From positions 128,001 to 192,000 of the forward strand of contig CAWDML010000003.1 in NCBI GenBank assembly GCA_963803435.1: a stretch of 64,000 nucleotides of DNA, given 5' to 3'. Origin of the DNA: an uncultured delta proteobacterium (GTDB taxonomy: Bacteria; Myxococcota; Kuafuiibacteriia; Kuafuiibacteriales; Kuafuiibacteriaceae). Made by a program: the position numbers and the translations under genes. The notes beneath the pieces are model-generated. The model did no database searches, was not told the DNA's origin, and was given only the letters and a program-made list of their open reading frames with translations. Positions 29,046 through 42,386 of the stretch are shown here, piece by piece; within the stretch, counting starts at the first letter, position 1; each line of letters starts with the position of its first letter.

Positions 29046-30599
29046 TCAAAAGACCGGCGCGTCCGCCTTCACCCCGGCCTGGTGCCCGTCGACCAGGCTG
29101 GGCGTCGTGTCGTTGAGGCGCGGGTTCATCGCGAAGAAGAGCTTGCGCGCCAGCTTGAGCTCGAGCGGACGCGTCCAGCGCTCCGCCTCCCAGCGCCGCC
29201 TTGCGAGCGCGATCATGGCGTCGCGGATGGGACGCCCACGCATGGGAACGCCCTTGAAGCGATAGAGGTCCTCCTCGACGAAGAACGCCGAGCCGGCCAC
29301 AGTCTCGAAGTCTCGGATCATCCGATCGATGTCCTCGGTCATCCAGGGGGTCACCTTCTTGCGGAACCCGAAGTCGCGCCAGGTGGAGGTCTCCCAGTCG
29401 GCGAGCGAGGTGGTGGTCTCCAGACCATGCGCCACCGCGTCGGCGTAGAGCGGCGTCGACTCGTACGGCGTGTACGTGTTGAGGACGAAGACCGCGCCGG
29501 GGACGATCCGCTTGAGGTCCTTGCAGAGCGCGAGCGACATCCGCACGTCGCGCTCAGGGTCGTCGGGATAGCCGAGCGTGAAGCTGAGATCCGGCGTGAT
29601 GCCGAACTCGGCCATCCGCTCTGCCATCAGCGTGACCTGCTCGTTCGTGTGCTCCTTCTTGATCTTCTGGAGGATGTGCGGATCGCCGCTCTCGATCCCC
29701 ACGAAGAAGCGCTTGCAGCCCGACTCCGCCATCAGCCTCCAGACCTCGCGCGGCATCTTGGCCAGCTGATCGGGCCGCCCGAACGCGATCCATGGCCGCG
29801 CGATGCCGGCCTCGATCATCCCCTGGCACAGATCGATCGTGCGCTTCGGGCTCACGATGAGGTTGCTGTCCGCGAACTCGATCGCGTCGGCCTGGGGGGC
29901 GAGCGCCAGGAGCGCCGAGAGCTCGTCCACGCAGCGCTCCGCCGAGTAGGCGCTCCAGCCGAACTCGAACTCGAAGTTGACCGTGCAGAACTGACAGGCG
30001 AACGGGCAGCCGGTCGACGAGTGATAGGTGACCGCGCGGCCGCCCACCAGGATGTGGACCAGGTACTTCGCGATGGCGAGATCCTCGAAGGGTGGCCGTC
30101 CGAAGGCGTTCTGATCCTTCATCTTGGCGCGGGCGCCGATCACCGGCTCGCCCCGGGCCGTCTTGTACGAGACACCGGGGATGTTCTCCGGCGGGGCGCC
30201 GGCCGCGAAGGCCTCGCAGACCCGGGCGAACGCCTCCTCGCCCTGTCCCTTGATCACCACGTCGACGCAGGCGTCGCCGAGCGTCTCCTTGACGTACATC
30301 GAGGGGTGCGCGCCTCCCCATACCAACGGGAGCGCCGGCTGCGCGCGCCGCAGCGCCCGAGCGGCCTTGAGCGCGTGCACAGTCTGGTTGCCGGTGAAGC
30401 ACGAGATGCCGACGAGGAGGGCCCCATGGGCCGCTTCGAGGAGTTTCTTGATCGGATCGGGCTCCTTGCCGCCGTCGACCATCACCACGTCGAAGCGCTC
30501 CCGCGGGAGGTTGCCCGCGAGCGCGAGGATGGGCCACGGCAGGCGGTGGAACTCGGGGCGCGACACGCGCGGATGGAACAACACGATCCGCGGCTTCAC
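29046..30599 (-). CDS. Cobalamin-binding radical SAM protein
   Basis: N-terminal B12-binding region (VGIS, WGGAHPS, GQGE), CPFACQFC, GIESG. Confidence 0.88.
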   Translation of the reverse strand: MKPRIVLFHPRVSRPEFHRLPWPILALAGNLPRERFDVVMVDGGKEPDPIKKLLEAAHGALLVGISCFTGNQTVHALKAARALRRAQPALPLVWGGAHPSMYVKETLGDACVDVVIKGQGEEAFARVCEAFAAGAPPENIPGVSYKTARGEPVIGARAKMKDQNAFGRPPFEDLAIAKYLVHILVGGRAVTYHSSTGCPFACQFCTVNFEFEFGWSAYSAERCVDELSALLALAPQADAIEFADSNLIVSPKRTIDLCQGMIEAGIARPWIAFGRPDQLAKMPREVWRLMAESGCKRFFVGIESGDPHILQKIKKEHTNEQVTLMAERMAEFGITPDLSFTLGYPDDPERDVRMSLALCKDLKRIVPGAVFVLNTYTPYESTPLYADAVAHGLETTTSLADWETSTWRDFGFRKKVTPWMTEDIDRMIRDFETVAGSAFFVEEDLYRFKGVPMRGRPIRDAMIALARRRWEAERWTRPLELKLARKLFFAMNPRLNDTTPSLVDGHQAGVKADAPVF

Positions 30600-30678
30600 G
30601 GGCAGAGCATACCCAAAACCGTTCCGTTCACGCTCTCCAGATGACGGGTGGGTTCGCCCCGTGTTACCCGGCGTGCGC

Positions 30679-32406
30679 GTGCTGAGGCACCTGACGATCG
30701 AAAACCTCGCGCTGGTGGATCGCATCGAGATCGACTTCGGCCCTGGTCTGAACGTCCTCACCGGCGAAACGGGCGCCGGTAAGAGCGTGCTGGTGGGGGC
30801 GCTTTCGCTGGTGCTGGGAAGCCGCGCGTCCCCCGACGTGATCCGGTCCGGGGCGAAGGAGGCGACGGTGGAGGCGCTGCTCGAGCTCCCTGCGGATCGG
30901 CGGCTGGCGGCCCGGCTCGAGACCATGGGGATCGACGTCGCCGACGGCGATCTGGTGGTCCGCCGCGTGATCGCGCAGAAGGGCAAGAGCCGCGTCCTCC
31001 TCAACGGGCAGATGGCCACCGTCTCGATGCTCGCCGAGGTCATGCGCGGCGCGGTCGACATCACCAGCCAGCACGAGCACGTGAGCCTGCTCGACGAGTC
31101 GCGCCACCTCGACGTCGTCGATGCGTACGGCGATCTCTTCGCGCTTCGCGAGCGGGTCGAGGCCGCCCACGCCGAGGTCGTGGGCTACCAGACCGCGCTC
31201 GCCAACCTCGCCAGCGACGAGACCGAGAAGGCGCGGCGGGAGGACTATCTTCGCTTCGCCGTCGACGAGATCGCCGCCGTCAACCCCGAGCCCGGAGAGC
31301 TCGACCTCCTGGAGCAGGAGCGCTCCCGCCTGCGGAACGTCACCGAGCTCTCGGAGGGCGTCCGGCGCGCCGAAGGTGCGATGTACTCGGAGGACGGCGC
31401 CGTCGTCGAGATCATCGGCCGGATCGAGCGCGAGCTGGTGAAGCTCTCGGCGCTGGACGAGCGGCTCGCACCGCTGGCGGGTGCCGTGGGGAGCGTGCGG
31501 GCGGAGCTGGAGGAGTCGTCCCGGGAGCTCGGCCGGTACGCAGACTCGCTGGCCGCCGATCCGGACCGCCTCACCGAGGTCGACGAGCGGATCGAGCAGC
31601 TCCGTAAGCTGACCCGGAAGTACGCGGGCCTCACCGGGATCGCCGGGGTGCTGGCGGCGCGGGTCGAGATGGAGCGGGAGCTCGACGAGCTGGTCCACGA
31701 GGAAGCACGCCAGGCCGACCTGCTGTGCGCGCTGGAGGCGCAGGTGGCCGAGCGCAAGGCGCTCGCCGTGGAGCTCACCGCCGCCCGCCATCGCGTGGTG
31801 CGCGCGCTGGAGAAGGCGATCCAGTCCGAGCTCGCCGAGCTGTCGATGAAGAACACGCGGGTGGCGGTGGAGCTCCTGCCCGCCGCCGAGCCGGGGCCGA
31901 AGGGCGCGGAGAGTGCCCGTCTCCTGATCTCGCCAAACGCGGGCGAGCCCCTGCGATCGCTGGAGAAGACGGCCTCCGGTGGCGAGCTTTCCCGGGTCCT
32001 GCTCGGCATCAAGCACGTGCTGGCGCACCGCGCCTCGGTCTCGACCTACGTCTTCGACGAGATCGACACCGGGATCGGCGGGGCGGTGGCGGAGGTCCTC
32101 GGGACCAAGCTGAAGGCGGTGGCGGGATCGGCGCAGATCCTCTGTGTCACGCACCTCCCGCAGATCGCGGCCTATGCGGACGTCCACCTGGTGGTGAAGA
32201 AGCGGGAGAAGGACGCACGGACCGTCACCGAGGTCGCGACGCTCGACGAGGCCGCGCGGGTCGAAGAGCTGGCGCGGATGCTCGGAGGGGTCCAGATCAC
32301 GGACAAGACGCGGAGCCTCGCCGCCGAGCTGCGGGATTGGGGCGCCGAGGGCAGCGCTCCGATGCCGCCGAAGAGGCGGGTACGGCAAAGTGCGAGCCGC
32401 CGCTGA
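30679..32406 (+). CDS. recN: DNA repair protein RecN
   Basis: TGETGAGKS, SQHEH, ASGGELSR, FDEIDTGIGG, THLPQIA, ELARMLGG. Confidence 0.95.
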   Translation: MLRHLTIENLALVDRIEIDFGPGLNVLTGETGAGKSVLVGALSLVLGSRASPDVIRSGAKEATVEALLELPADRRLAARLETMGIDVADGDLVVRRVIAQKGKSRVLLNGQMATVSMLAEVMRGAVDITSQHEHVSLLDESRHLDVVDAYGDLFALRERVEAAHAEVVGYQTALANLASDETEKARREDYLRFAVDEIAAVNPEPGELDLLEQERSRLRNVTELSEGVRRAEGAMYSEDGAVVEIIGRIERELVKLSALDERLAPLAGAVGSVRAELEESSRELGRYADSLAADPDRLTEVDERIEQLRKLTRKYAGLTGIAGVLAARVEMERELDELVHEEARQADLLCALEAQVAERKALAVELTAARHRVVRALEKAIQSELAELSMKNTRVAVELLPAAEPGPKGAESARLLISPNAGEPLRSLEKTASGGELSRVLLGIKHVLAHRASVSTYVFDEIDTGIGGAVAEVLGTKLKAVAGSAQILCVTHLPQIAAYADVHLVVKKREKDARTVTEVATLDEAARVEELARMLGGVQITDKTRSLAAELRDWGAEGSAPMPPKRRVRQSASRR

Positions 32407-32466
32407 ACAGTCGCTCAAAACGTTGAAATGGGGCCCGGCGTCTGCCTAATATCCGGGCGGGCGCCC

Positions 32467-33246
32467 GTGGCGGACAAGCAGCTCAAGATCCTGTCGTTCG
32501 GGCTCACCGACGTGGGCATGCGTCGGGACCACAACGAGGACAGCTATCTCGTCGATGACGAGGCCAATCTCTATGTAGTCGCCGATGGGATGGGCGGGCA
32601 TCTGGGCGGCGAGATGGCCTCCATGCTGGCCGTGACCACGATCCAGAACTCGGTCCGGGACGAGCGGAAGACGGTCATCAACGGCAAGGCCTACAAGGGC
32701 GCGATCGAGCAGCACCCCGCGCTGATGATGCTGCCGAAGGCCGTGAAGAAGGCGTGCGCCGCGATCTTCAAGAAGGCGCAGGAGGTGCCCGAGCTCCAGG
32801 GGATGGGCACCACCGTGACCGGGGTGGCGTTCATCGACAACTACGCCTTCTTCGGTCACGTCGGAGACAGCCGGGCCTACCTGGTCCGGGACGGGCGGAT
32901 CGAGCAGCTCTCCGAGGACCACTCCCTGGTGAACGAGCAGCTCAAGGCCGGGCTCATCACGCCCGAGCAGGCCCGGATGAGCCGGTTCAAGCACATCATC
33001 ACGCGATCGGTGGGTTTTGAAGAGGACGTCGCGGTCGATACCATGGTCGTGCCCACGCAGGAGGGCGACATGTACATCCTCTGCAGCGACGGCCTCGCGA
33101 ACCTCGTCTCCACCACGGAGATCCGGGACTCGATCCACGACAACTTTCTCCGCGACGTCCCGCGCGCTCTGATCAGCTTGGCCAACGAGCGCGGCGGCGA
33201 CGACAACATCACGGTCGTCGTCGCGTATGTGAACGGCGAGGAGTGA
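32467..33246 (+). CDS. PP2C-type Ser/Thr phosphatase (Stp1/IreP family)
   Basis: NED, VADGMGGH, GMGTT, HVGDSR, CSDGL, GGDDNIT. Confidence 0.93.
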   Translation: MADKQLKILSFGLTDVGMRRDHNEDSYLVDDEANLYVVADGMGGHLGGEMASMLAVTTIQNSVRDERKTVINGKAYKGAIEQHPALMMLPKAVKKACAAIFKKAQEVPELQGMGTTVTGVAFIDNYAFFGHVGDSRAYLVRDGRIEQLSEDHSLVNEQLKAGLITPEQARMSRFKHIITRSVGFEEDVAVDTMVVPTQEGDMYILCSDGLANLVSTTEIRDSIHDNFLRDVPRALISLANERGGDDNITVVVAYVNGEE

Positions 33247-33356
33247 TCGACCTCCGTTCGGCGCCGGCATCGGATGACCGGCGACCTCAGGATCCCTTGC
33301 AAAGGCCTCAATAATGCGAGAGACCGGTCGTATAGACTCATGGACGGTGCTGAGTA

Positions 33357-34295
33357 GTGGAGGAACGGTCACGCTATTTCACCCTGATGATCATGCCGGA
33401 GACCTCGGCGGACGAGGTCCGGCGGATACGGGTCTCGCGGCGGTTGATCGTCGCAGCGCTCGTCGGCCTCGCGGTGTTCATCCTGACCGCGTTCGGTGCG
33501 CTGGGTTGGTCGATGCTGTTGCTCGATCAAGCGCGCGACGTACCCGACTTGCGCACGGAGAACAGCTCCCTCCGCGCTGAGATCGACTCGCTCGACACAC
33601 GACTCGAGAACGTCACCGACGTGGTCGATCGTCTCGACAGCCTCGAGTCGAAGCTGCGTGCGCTGACGATGATCTCGGATCCCGAGCGGAACCTGGCGAT
33701 GGGGCCGGTCGGTGGTCCGAGCAACGCGGAGAACGAAGCGCGGCACGCGGCCACCGCCGAGTTGAAGCGAGATCTGATGAGCGACGACGAGGCCGTACAG
33801 TTCGCCGCTGCGCGTCTCGAGTGGACGGAGGGTGCCGCCGGCGCCGCGGTGGCGCGGGCGCAGAAGATGTCGGCGCTGCTCGAGGGCCAGAAGGCGATGC
33901 TGTCCGCCACGCCGAGCCGGCGCCCGAGCCGCGGGTACATCACCAGCGTCTACGGGATGCGGATCGATCCGTTCACCGGGCTCGCCACGCTCCACAGCGG
34001 CATCGACTTCTCGGCGCGCATCGGCTCGCCCGCCAACGCGACCGCCGACGGCGTGGTCATCTTCGCCGCGAAGCAGGGGGCCTACGGCAAGCTGGTCGAG
34101 GTGGACCACGGCCACGGGCTCGTGACCAAGTACGGGCATCTGTCCAAGATCCACGTGAAGGTCGGAGAGGCCGTGAAGCGCGGGCAGACCGTGGGCGAGA
34201 TCGGCAACACCGGCCGATCGACCGGTCCCCACCTCCACTACGAGATTCGGGTCAACGGAATACCGCAGGATCCGCGGCGCTTCATGCTGGAGTGA
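33357..34295 (+). CDS. M23 family metallopeptidase with TM and coiled coil
   Basis: HSGID, YGHLS, GNTGRSTGPHLHYE. Confidence 0.92.
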   Translation: MEERSRYFTLMIMPETSADEVRRIRVSRRLIVAALVGLAVFILTAFGALGWSMLLLDQARDVPDLRTENSSLRAEIDSLDTRLENVTDVVDRLDSLESKLRALTMISDPERNLAMGPVGGPSNAENEARHAATAELKRDLMSDDEAVQFAAARLEWTEGAAGAAVARAQKMSALLEGQKAMLSATPSRRPSRGYITSVYGMRIDPFTGLATLHSGIDFSARIGSPANATADGVVIFAAKQGAYGKLVEVDHGHGLVTKYGHLSKIHVKVGEAVKRGQTVGEIGNTGRSTGPHLHYEIRVNGIPQDPRRFMLE

Positions 34296-34364
34296 GCTGC
34301 CCCAGTCATCGCGGGCTTGACGTGGGGGACTGAGGGTCCATACGAAGGGAGCTTCAGGGCCCCC

Positions 34365-37356
<2,992 letters not shown>

Positions 37357-37379
<23 letters not shown>

Positions 37380-37962
37380 GAAGAGCGTCCTGCTCTTCGG
37401 GACCTCGGCGAACCCGCCCACCGGGCGGGGCGGGCACGCCGGGATCATCGCGTGGGCCGCGGCGCGCGACGACGTCGACGAGATCTGGGTGCTGCCGGTG
37501 TACCGGCACGCGTTCGAGGAGAAGCGCGAGATGCCGAGCTTCGATCATCGCATGGCGATGGCGAGGCTGGCGTTCGAGCCCATCTCACCGAAGGTGAAGG
37601 TGCTCGACGTCGAGCGGCGCGTGGCGGAGGCCCTGCCGCGGGAGGCGCTGGTGGGGACGATCGACGTGGTGCGGGCGCTCGAGCGCGAGCATCCGGAGGC
37701 GGCGCTCGGCCTGCTGTTGGGGGCGGACACCTATCGCGATCTGATGTCGGGGAAATGGAAGGAGAGCGAAGCGCTCCGGCAGCGCGTGCGCGTCCTGGCC
37801 GTCGCGAGGAAGGGTGTCGACGAGGACCTCGCGGGCCCCGACCTCGACGCGCTCAGCTCCACGGAGTGCCGCCAGATCGGCGAGACGGAGGGGCTCGCCG
37901 GCCGGGTCGCGCCGGAGGTGGTGGCGTACATCCGAAAGCATCACCTGTACGCGTTCGGCTGA
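37357..37962 (+). CDS. nadD: Nicotinate-nucleotide adenylyltransferase family protein
   Basis: FGTSANPPT..GH, LLGAD, W, LSSTECR, YIRKHHLY. Confidence 0.8.
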
Positions 37963-38008
37963 GATCCAAAACCCCGGCCGTTCGTTGACACCTTCCAAGG
38001 TGGCGCAC

Positions 38009-39870
38009 ATGATCGACCGCGGTGTGACGACGCCTGCTCCGGCCAAGAAGAAGCGACAAGACCAGCTCGTCGGACAGCTGCTGGCCGGAAAGTACAAGAT
38101 CCTCAAGAAGATCGGCGAGGGCGGCATGGGGTCCGTCTACATCGCCAATCAAGAGCCGATCGATCGCAAGGTGGCCGTGAAGGTCCTCCTCGGCAAGCTG
38201 GCCGAGGACGAGATCGCCGTGAAGCGCTTCGAGCAGGAGGCCAAGGCCATCTCGAAGATGCAGCACCCCAACACCGTCACCATCTACGACTTCGGTCACA
38301 CCGGCGAGGACGAGGGCGAGCGCCTCTACATCGTGATGGAGTACCTGAAGGGGCGCACGCTCACTCAGGTCCTCCGCAACGACGGCCAGATCGCGGCGCC
38401 GCGCAGCGCGCGCATCATCCGACAGGTCTGCGCCTCGCTGGCCGACGCCCACCAGGCGGGCATCATTCATCGCGACCTCAAGCCGGACAACATCTTCCTC
38501 ACCGAGGTCGGCGAGGACAAAGACTGGGTCAAGGTCCTCGACTTCGGGGTGGCGAAGCTCGCCGACGCCGAGGGCGCGGGCACGCTCACGCAGACGGGGA
38601 TGATCTTCGGGACGCCGAAGTACATGTCGCCCGAGCAGGCCGAGGGGCGCCCGATCGACTATCGCGCCGACATCTACGCGCTCGGCGTGGTGTTGTACGA
38701 GCTCCTGGTCGGCCGTCCTCCGTTCATCGCCGACACGCCGGTCGGCCTCCTCCTCAAGCACATCTCCGAGCCGCCGCCCGCCTTCCAGAAGGTCCGCCCC
38801 GATCTCGAGATCGACCCGCGGATGGAAGCGATCGTCATGAAGGCGCTCGAGAAGATCCCGGATCGACGCCACCAGATGGTGTCCGACCTGGCTGCGGATT
38901 CTGGAGAGCTTCGAGCGCTCGGCCACCGGGACGGTCCAGGTCGCCGCCGGCACCGCGCACTCGACCTCGCACCCCGGCATGCCGACCGAGGTCGTCCCCG
39001 GCACGCTCGGCGGTCAAGCGATCACACCGGCGGATCTGCGGCCACCGGGGCACGTGTCGACCAACCTCTCGCTGGGCCAGGAGGGACCGACCGCCGCCGC
39101 CACGCCGCAGCAGCGCCCGCTGACCGCGCAGCAGACCGCACCGGCCAGCGTCTACGGGCGGCAGATGACCTCCGCCGGCCTGACCGCGCCCGTGGGCACG
39201 CCCGGCGGCGTCGACACGCTCGGCGGCGGGCTCTCGGCCGAGATCTCGGGACCGGTGGTCCCGCGACCGAAGCCCAAGGGCAAGATGATGGTGCTCGGCC
39301 TCGGCCTCTTGGTCGGCGCTGGCGCGCTGGCGCTCTTCGTCAACCAGCAGCGCGAAGGTCAGGTGATCGAGTCCCGCCAGATCACCGAGCTCGAGAAGCT
39401 CCCGGTGGCCCCGATCGAGGAGCCCAAGATTCGAGCCGCCGCCGCCGCCCGTGGAGCGTGTCGAGCCTCCGCCTCCGGCCCGGGCCATCATCCACCATCC
39501 GCCCCCGGCCCGACACTCGCCGCCGCCGCCCCCGCCGGCGCCCGCGCGCACGATCACGCTCTCGTTCGAGTCGAGCCCGGCGCATGCGCTGGTGCTCCTC
39601 CGCGGCAAGCAGGTCTGCTTCACGCCCTGCAGGACGGAGCTGCCGAAGGACGACGACGTCCTCACCTTCGCGTTCCAGAAGGAAGGGTTCAAGGACGCCA
39701 CCAAGGTGGTGGCTGCGTCGGGCGATCGCACGGTCGAGGCGACGATGGAGAAGGTGGCGGGGCGACAGACGGCGGTGTCCGTCGAACGACCGCCGCCGCG
39801 CCGACACAAGCAACCGCCCCCGCCGACCACCGGTGCGCCGCTGGATGAGAAGGTGGATGACCTGAAGTGA
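38009..39870 (+). CDS. Membrane Ser/Thr protein kinase with C-terminal PEGA-like domain; two apparent +1 frameshifts
   Basis: GEGGMG, VAVK, HRDLKPDN, DFG, GTPKYMSPEQ; pieces join at GATTC 38897-38901 and 39428-39432. Confidence 0.88.
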
Positions 39871-39930
39871 CCCCGTGACGTGCCGGTCGTCGGATGGTCT
39901 CAGCGTCCGATCCGGATCACGTTCGATCGC

Positions 39931-41165
39931 ATGGGAACGAACGGGACGGACCCGAGAGCGGCTCGATCCAGAATCCGGGACGCGTTCCCGGATGCGCGCC
40001 TCGACGCCTTTCGAAAGCGCTGCGATCCGCTTGCCGACGCGGCGGTGGCGTCGATCGAGGTCGATCCCCAGCGGGCGACTTCGACGGATCTCCTCGACGC
40101 CTGTCGGGCCCTGGCGGGTCGCGGGGAGCCGGCCTGCACCCGCTTCATCGCCGAAACCTCGCCACGATCCCCGAATGGGTTCGGTTCGAGGAGCTCGGTC
40201 TCGGCAGCGAGCTGTTCTTTCGTCACGGAGTGCTGAGCTTGCTGGTCGGCTTCACGGTGCTGATCGACTCGTACGCCGGCTCGAAGGACAACAAGGTGCT
40301 CGTGATGTCCGGCCGCCTCGGCGATCGGACGGCGTTCCGCCGCCTCGTGGAGACGGCCCGTTTCACGCTGGAGTGCGCCGAGCGCGACGGGTTGAGGCCC
40401 GGGCGCCCGGGGCACACCGCGGCCCTCTCGGTCCGGCTGCTGCACGCCCAGGTGCGCCGTCTCTGCCGGCGCTTCGGGTACGACACCGCGCGCTACGACG
40501 AGCCGATCAACCAGGAGGCGATGTGCGGGACGCTGATGCTCTTCTCCTCCGGCGTCATCTTCGCGCTCGAGCGCATCGGCGCGCGCGTCTCAGATGCCGA
40601 GAAGGAGTCCTACCATCGCCTGTGGCGATACGCGGGCTGGTTGATGGGCATCGACCTCGAGCTGCTCCCTGAGACCTTCGCCGAGGAGTGCGCGCTCTAC
40701 GACCGCGTCAAGGAGCATCAGTATCACCCCGACGAGGACACTCGCCGTCTCTTCGGGCACGCGGTCCGGGGCGTCGCTCGTGGTGCCCGCGCCGTGCCCC
40801 GCTGGATCACCGCGCTGGGTGGCGGCCTCCTGGAATCGGAGCGCTTCCTCGAGCAGCTCACGTTACGCTGCGTCGATCCCAAGCTCTCCGCCTGTCTCGA
40901 GCTCGAGCGGTCCGCCGCCTGGCACCTCGCGTTCGAGGGCGGCGCGGTGGTTCTGGGCGCGGCCTCGCGGGTGGGGCGGAAGTCCAAGCTCCTGCGATCC
41001 GTGGCGCGGGCCTCGCAAGGAGCGTTGCTGCGGCGGATTGTCGACGAGCTCACCGCAGATCGGATCCGCTTCGAGGACCCGGGCTTCCGTTCGACTGCGG
41101 GCTCGCGAAGGCCAGAAGGCCGAAACACGGAGCACGAACAATCGGAGGCTTCGAACCGGTCCTAA
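39931..41165 (+). CDS. Oxygenase MpaB / DUF2236 (Lcp-like) family protein; apparent -1 frameshift near 40155
   Basis: DPLADA, PEWV, RRLVET, VRLLHAQVR, PINQE, WRYAGWLMGI. Confidence 0.8.
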
Positions 41166-42385
41166 GGCGAGCCCACCTCCATCAGATCGTCGAACTCCGG
41201 CGGCTCGCCGCCTGCGGGTGCCGACGCCCGCTGTCCCACGCACCGAAACCCGTACTCTCTCGCCCGCTGCGTATCCGGCAATCCTCGGGCTCGCTCTCGA
41301 CCCGCCGCCCGAAGGTGCCGAGCACGTCGCGGGTGAGCGTCTCGTCTCGGTAGCTCCCGCCGAAGAGCGCCCCGCGCGTGCCGGAGAACCTGCCCGTGTC
41401 GCTGGTGATGCAGACGGGATAGATGCCGTAGTCGGCGCCCACGTAGGGCCGATACTGGCCGTACACGCAGCGAGCGGTCTGCGGGCACACGGGCGGATTG
41501 GTGGCGCTGAACGCCTCCTCCGAGAGGGCCGCCAGGCAGAACCAGGGGAGGTCGTCGCCCTTGGGGCCGCGGCTGATTGGATACAGGTCGCCGCTCCACT
41601 CGCTGACGTTGCCCATCAGATCGTAGATTCGGGACGCCGGAGGCGCCGGTCTCCGGATCGGCGCCGGTGACCGTGTCCATCGGCGCGGCGCCCGTGACGG
41701 TGTCGCCGGTGATGTCGACCGGGCGCGGCTTCAAGCACGAGTGCGCCTTCACCACCGCTTGGTCGCACGAGTTCGGCGCCGAGTTGCCGGTCGGATAGAC
41801 GTATTGGCCGAGCGAGACCGGATCGGACTTGTCGGGGACGTTCTGCTGCCGCGTCGCGATCTGCTCCAGGCCGCTGGGGAGCCGGCGGCCGACCCAGTTG
41901 CAGAAGTTGGCCGCCTGCGACTGCGTGATCTCGACGAGCGGGCAGACGTCGAACTGGCTCTCGTCGTTGCAGAGCGGGCCCTTGCCGGCCTTGGCAGGAT
42001 CGGGCTTCTGGCAGGCCCCGCTGTCGATGCAGAGCTGATAGAGCTCGTTCGTCACCTCGACGCGATCGACGCGGAGCTGCCGGGGCGTGACCTGGACGAA
42101 GCAGTTCACCGGCGTCGCCTGATCGCCGGGGTCGCGCCCGCTGAAGACGATCCCCTTTCCGTCCACGGCGCTGACCGCGGGCGTGGAGGTGGCGGCTGCG
42201 GTGGCCGTGTTGGTCAGGCGCGTGCACCAGGCCGAGTTCGGCGCGGCGCTCCGGGTGTCGTCCACCAGCAAGAGCTTGGGGCCGTACGAGATGAGCGCCT
42301 GCGGGAGGCGCTCGGGCGGTTCTCGGGAGTCGATGCAGCCGGCCGCGAAGGCGAGGGGGAGGAGGGCGATCCACTGCGTGCGCAT
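41162..42385 (-). CDS. FGE-sulfatase (SUMF1) domain lipoprotein; two compensating apparent indels
   Basis: AAGC lipobox; EVTN..Y..C, FCNWVGRRLP, YDLMGNVSEW and GGSY in the shifted frame 41281-41626, GFRC. Confidence 0.82.
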   Translation of the reverse strand: MRTQWIALLPLAFAAGCIDSREPPERLPQALISYGPKLLLVDDTRSAAPNSAWCTRLTNTATAAATSTPAVSAVDGKGIVFSGRDPGDQATPVNCFVQVTPRQLRVDRVEVTNELYQLCIDSGACQKPDPAKAGKGPLCNDESQFDVCPLVEITQSQAANFCNWVGRRLPSGLEQIATRQQNVPDKSDPVSLGQYVYPTGNSAPNSCDQAVVKAHSCLKPRPVDITGDTVTGAAPMDTVTGADPETGASGVPNLRSDGQRQRVERRPVSNQPRPQGRRPPLVLPGGPLGGGVQRHQSARVPADRSLRVRPVSALRGRRLRHLSRLHHQRHGQVLRHARGALRRELPRRDAHPRRARHLRAAGRERARGLPDTQRAREYGFRCVGQRASAPAGGEPPEFDDLMEVGSP

Positions 42386-42386
42386 C

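Noticed and set aside
40150-40160. MpaB frameshift (and a possible one at the thiD start, ~56080) as part of the GATC pattern
   Set aside because: Better explained by a missing C in a short homopolymer; not counted as GATC-linked.
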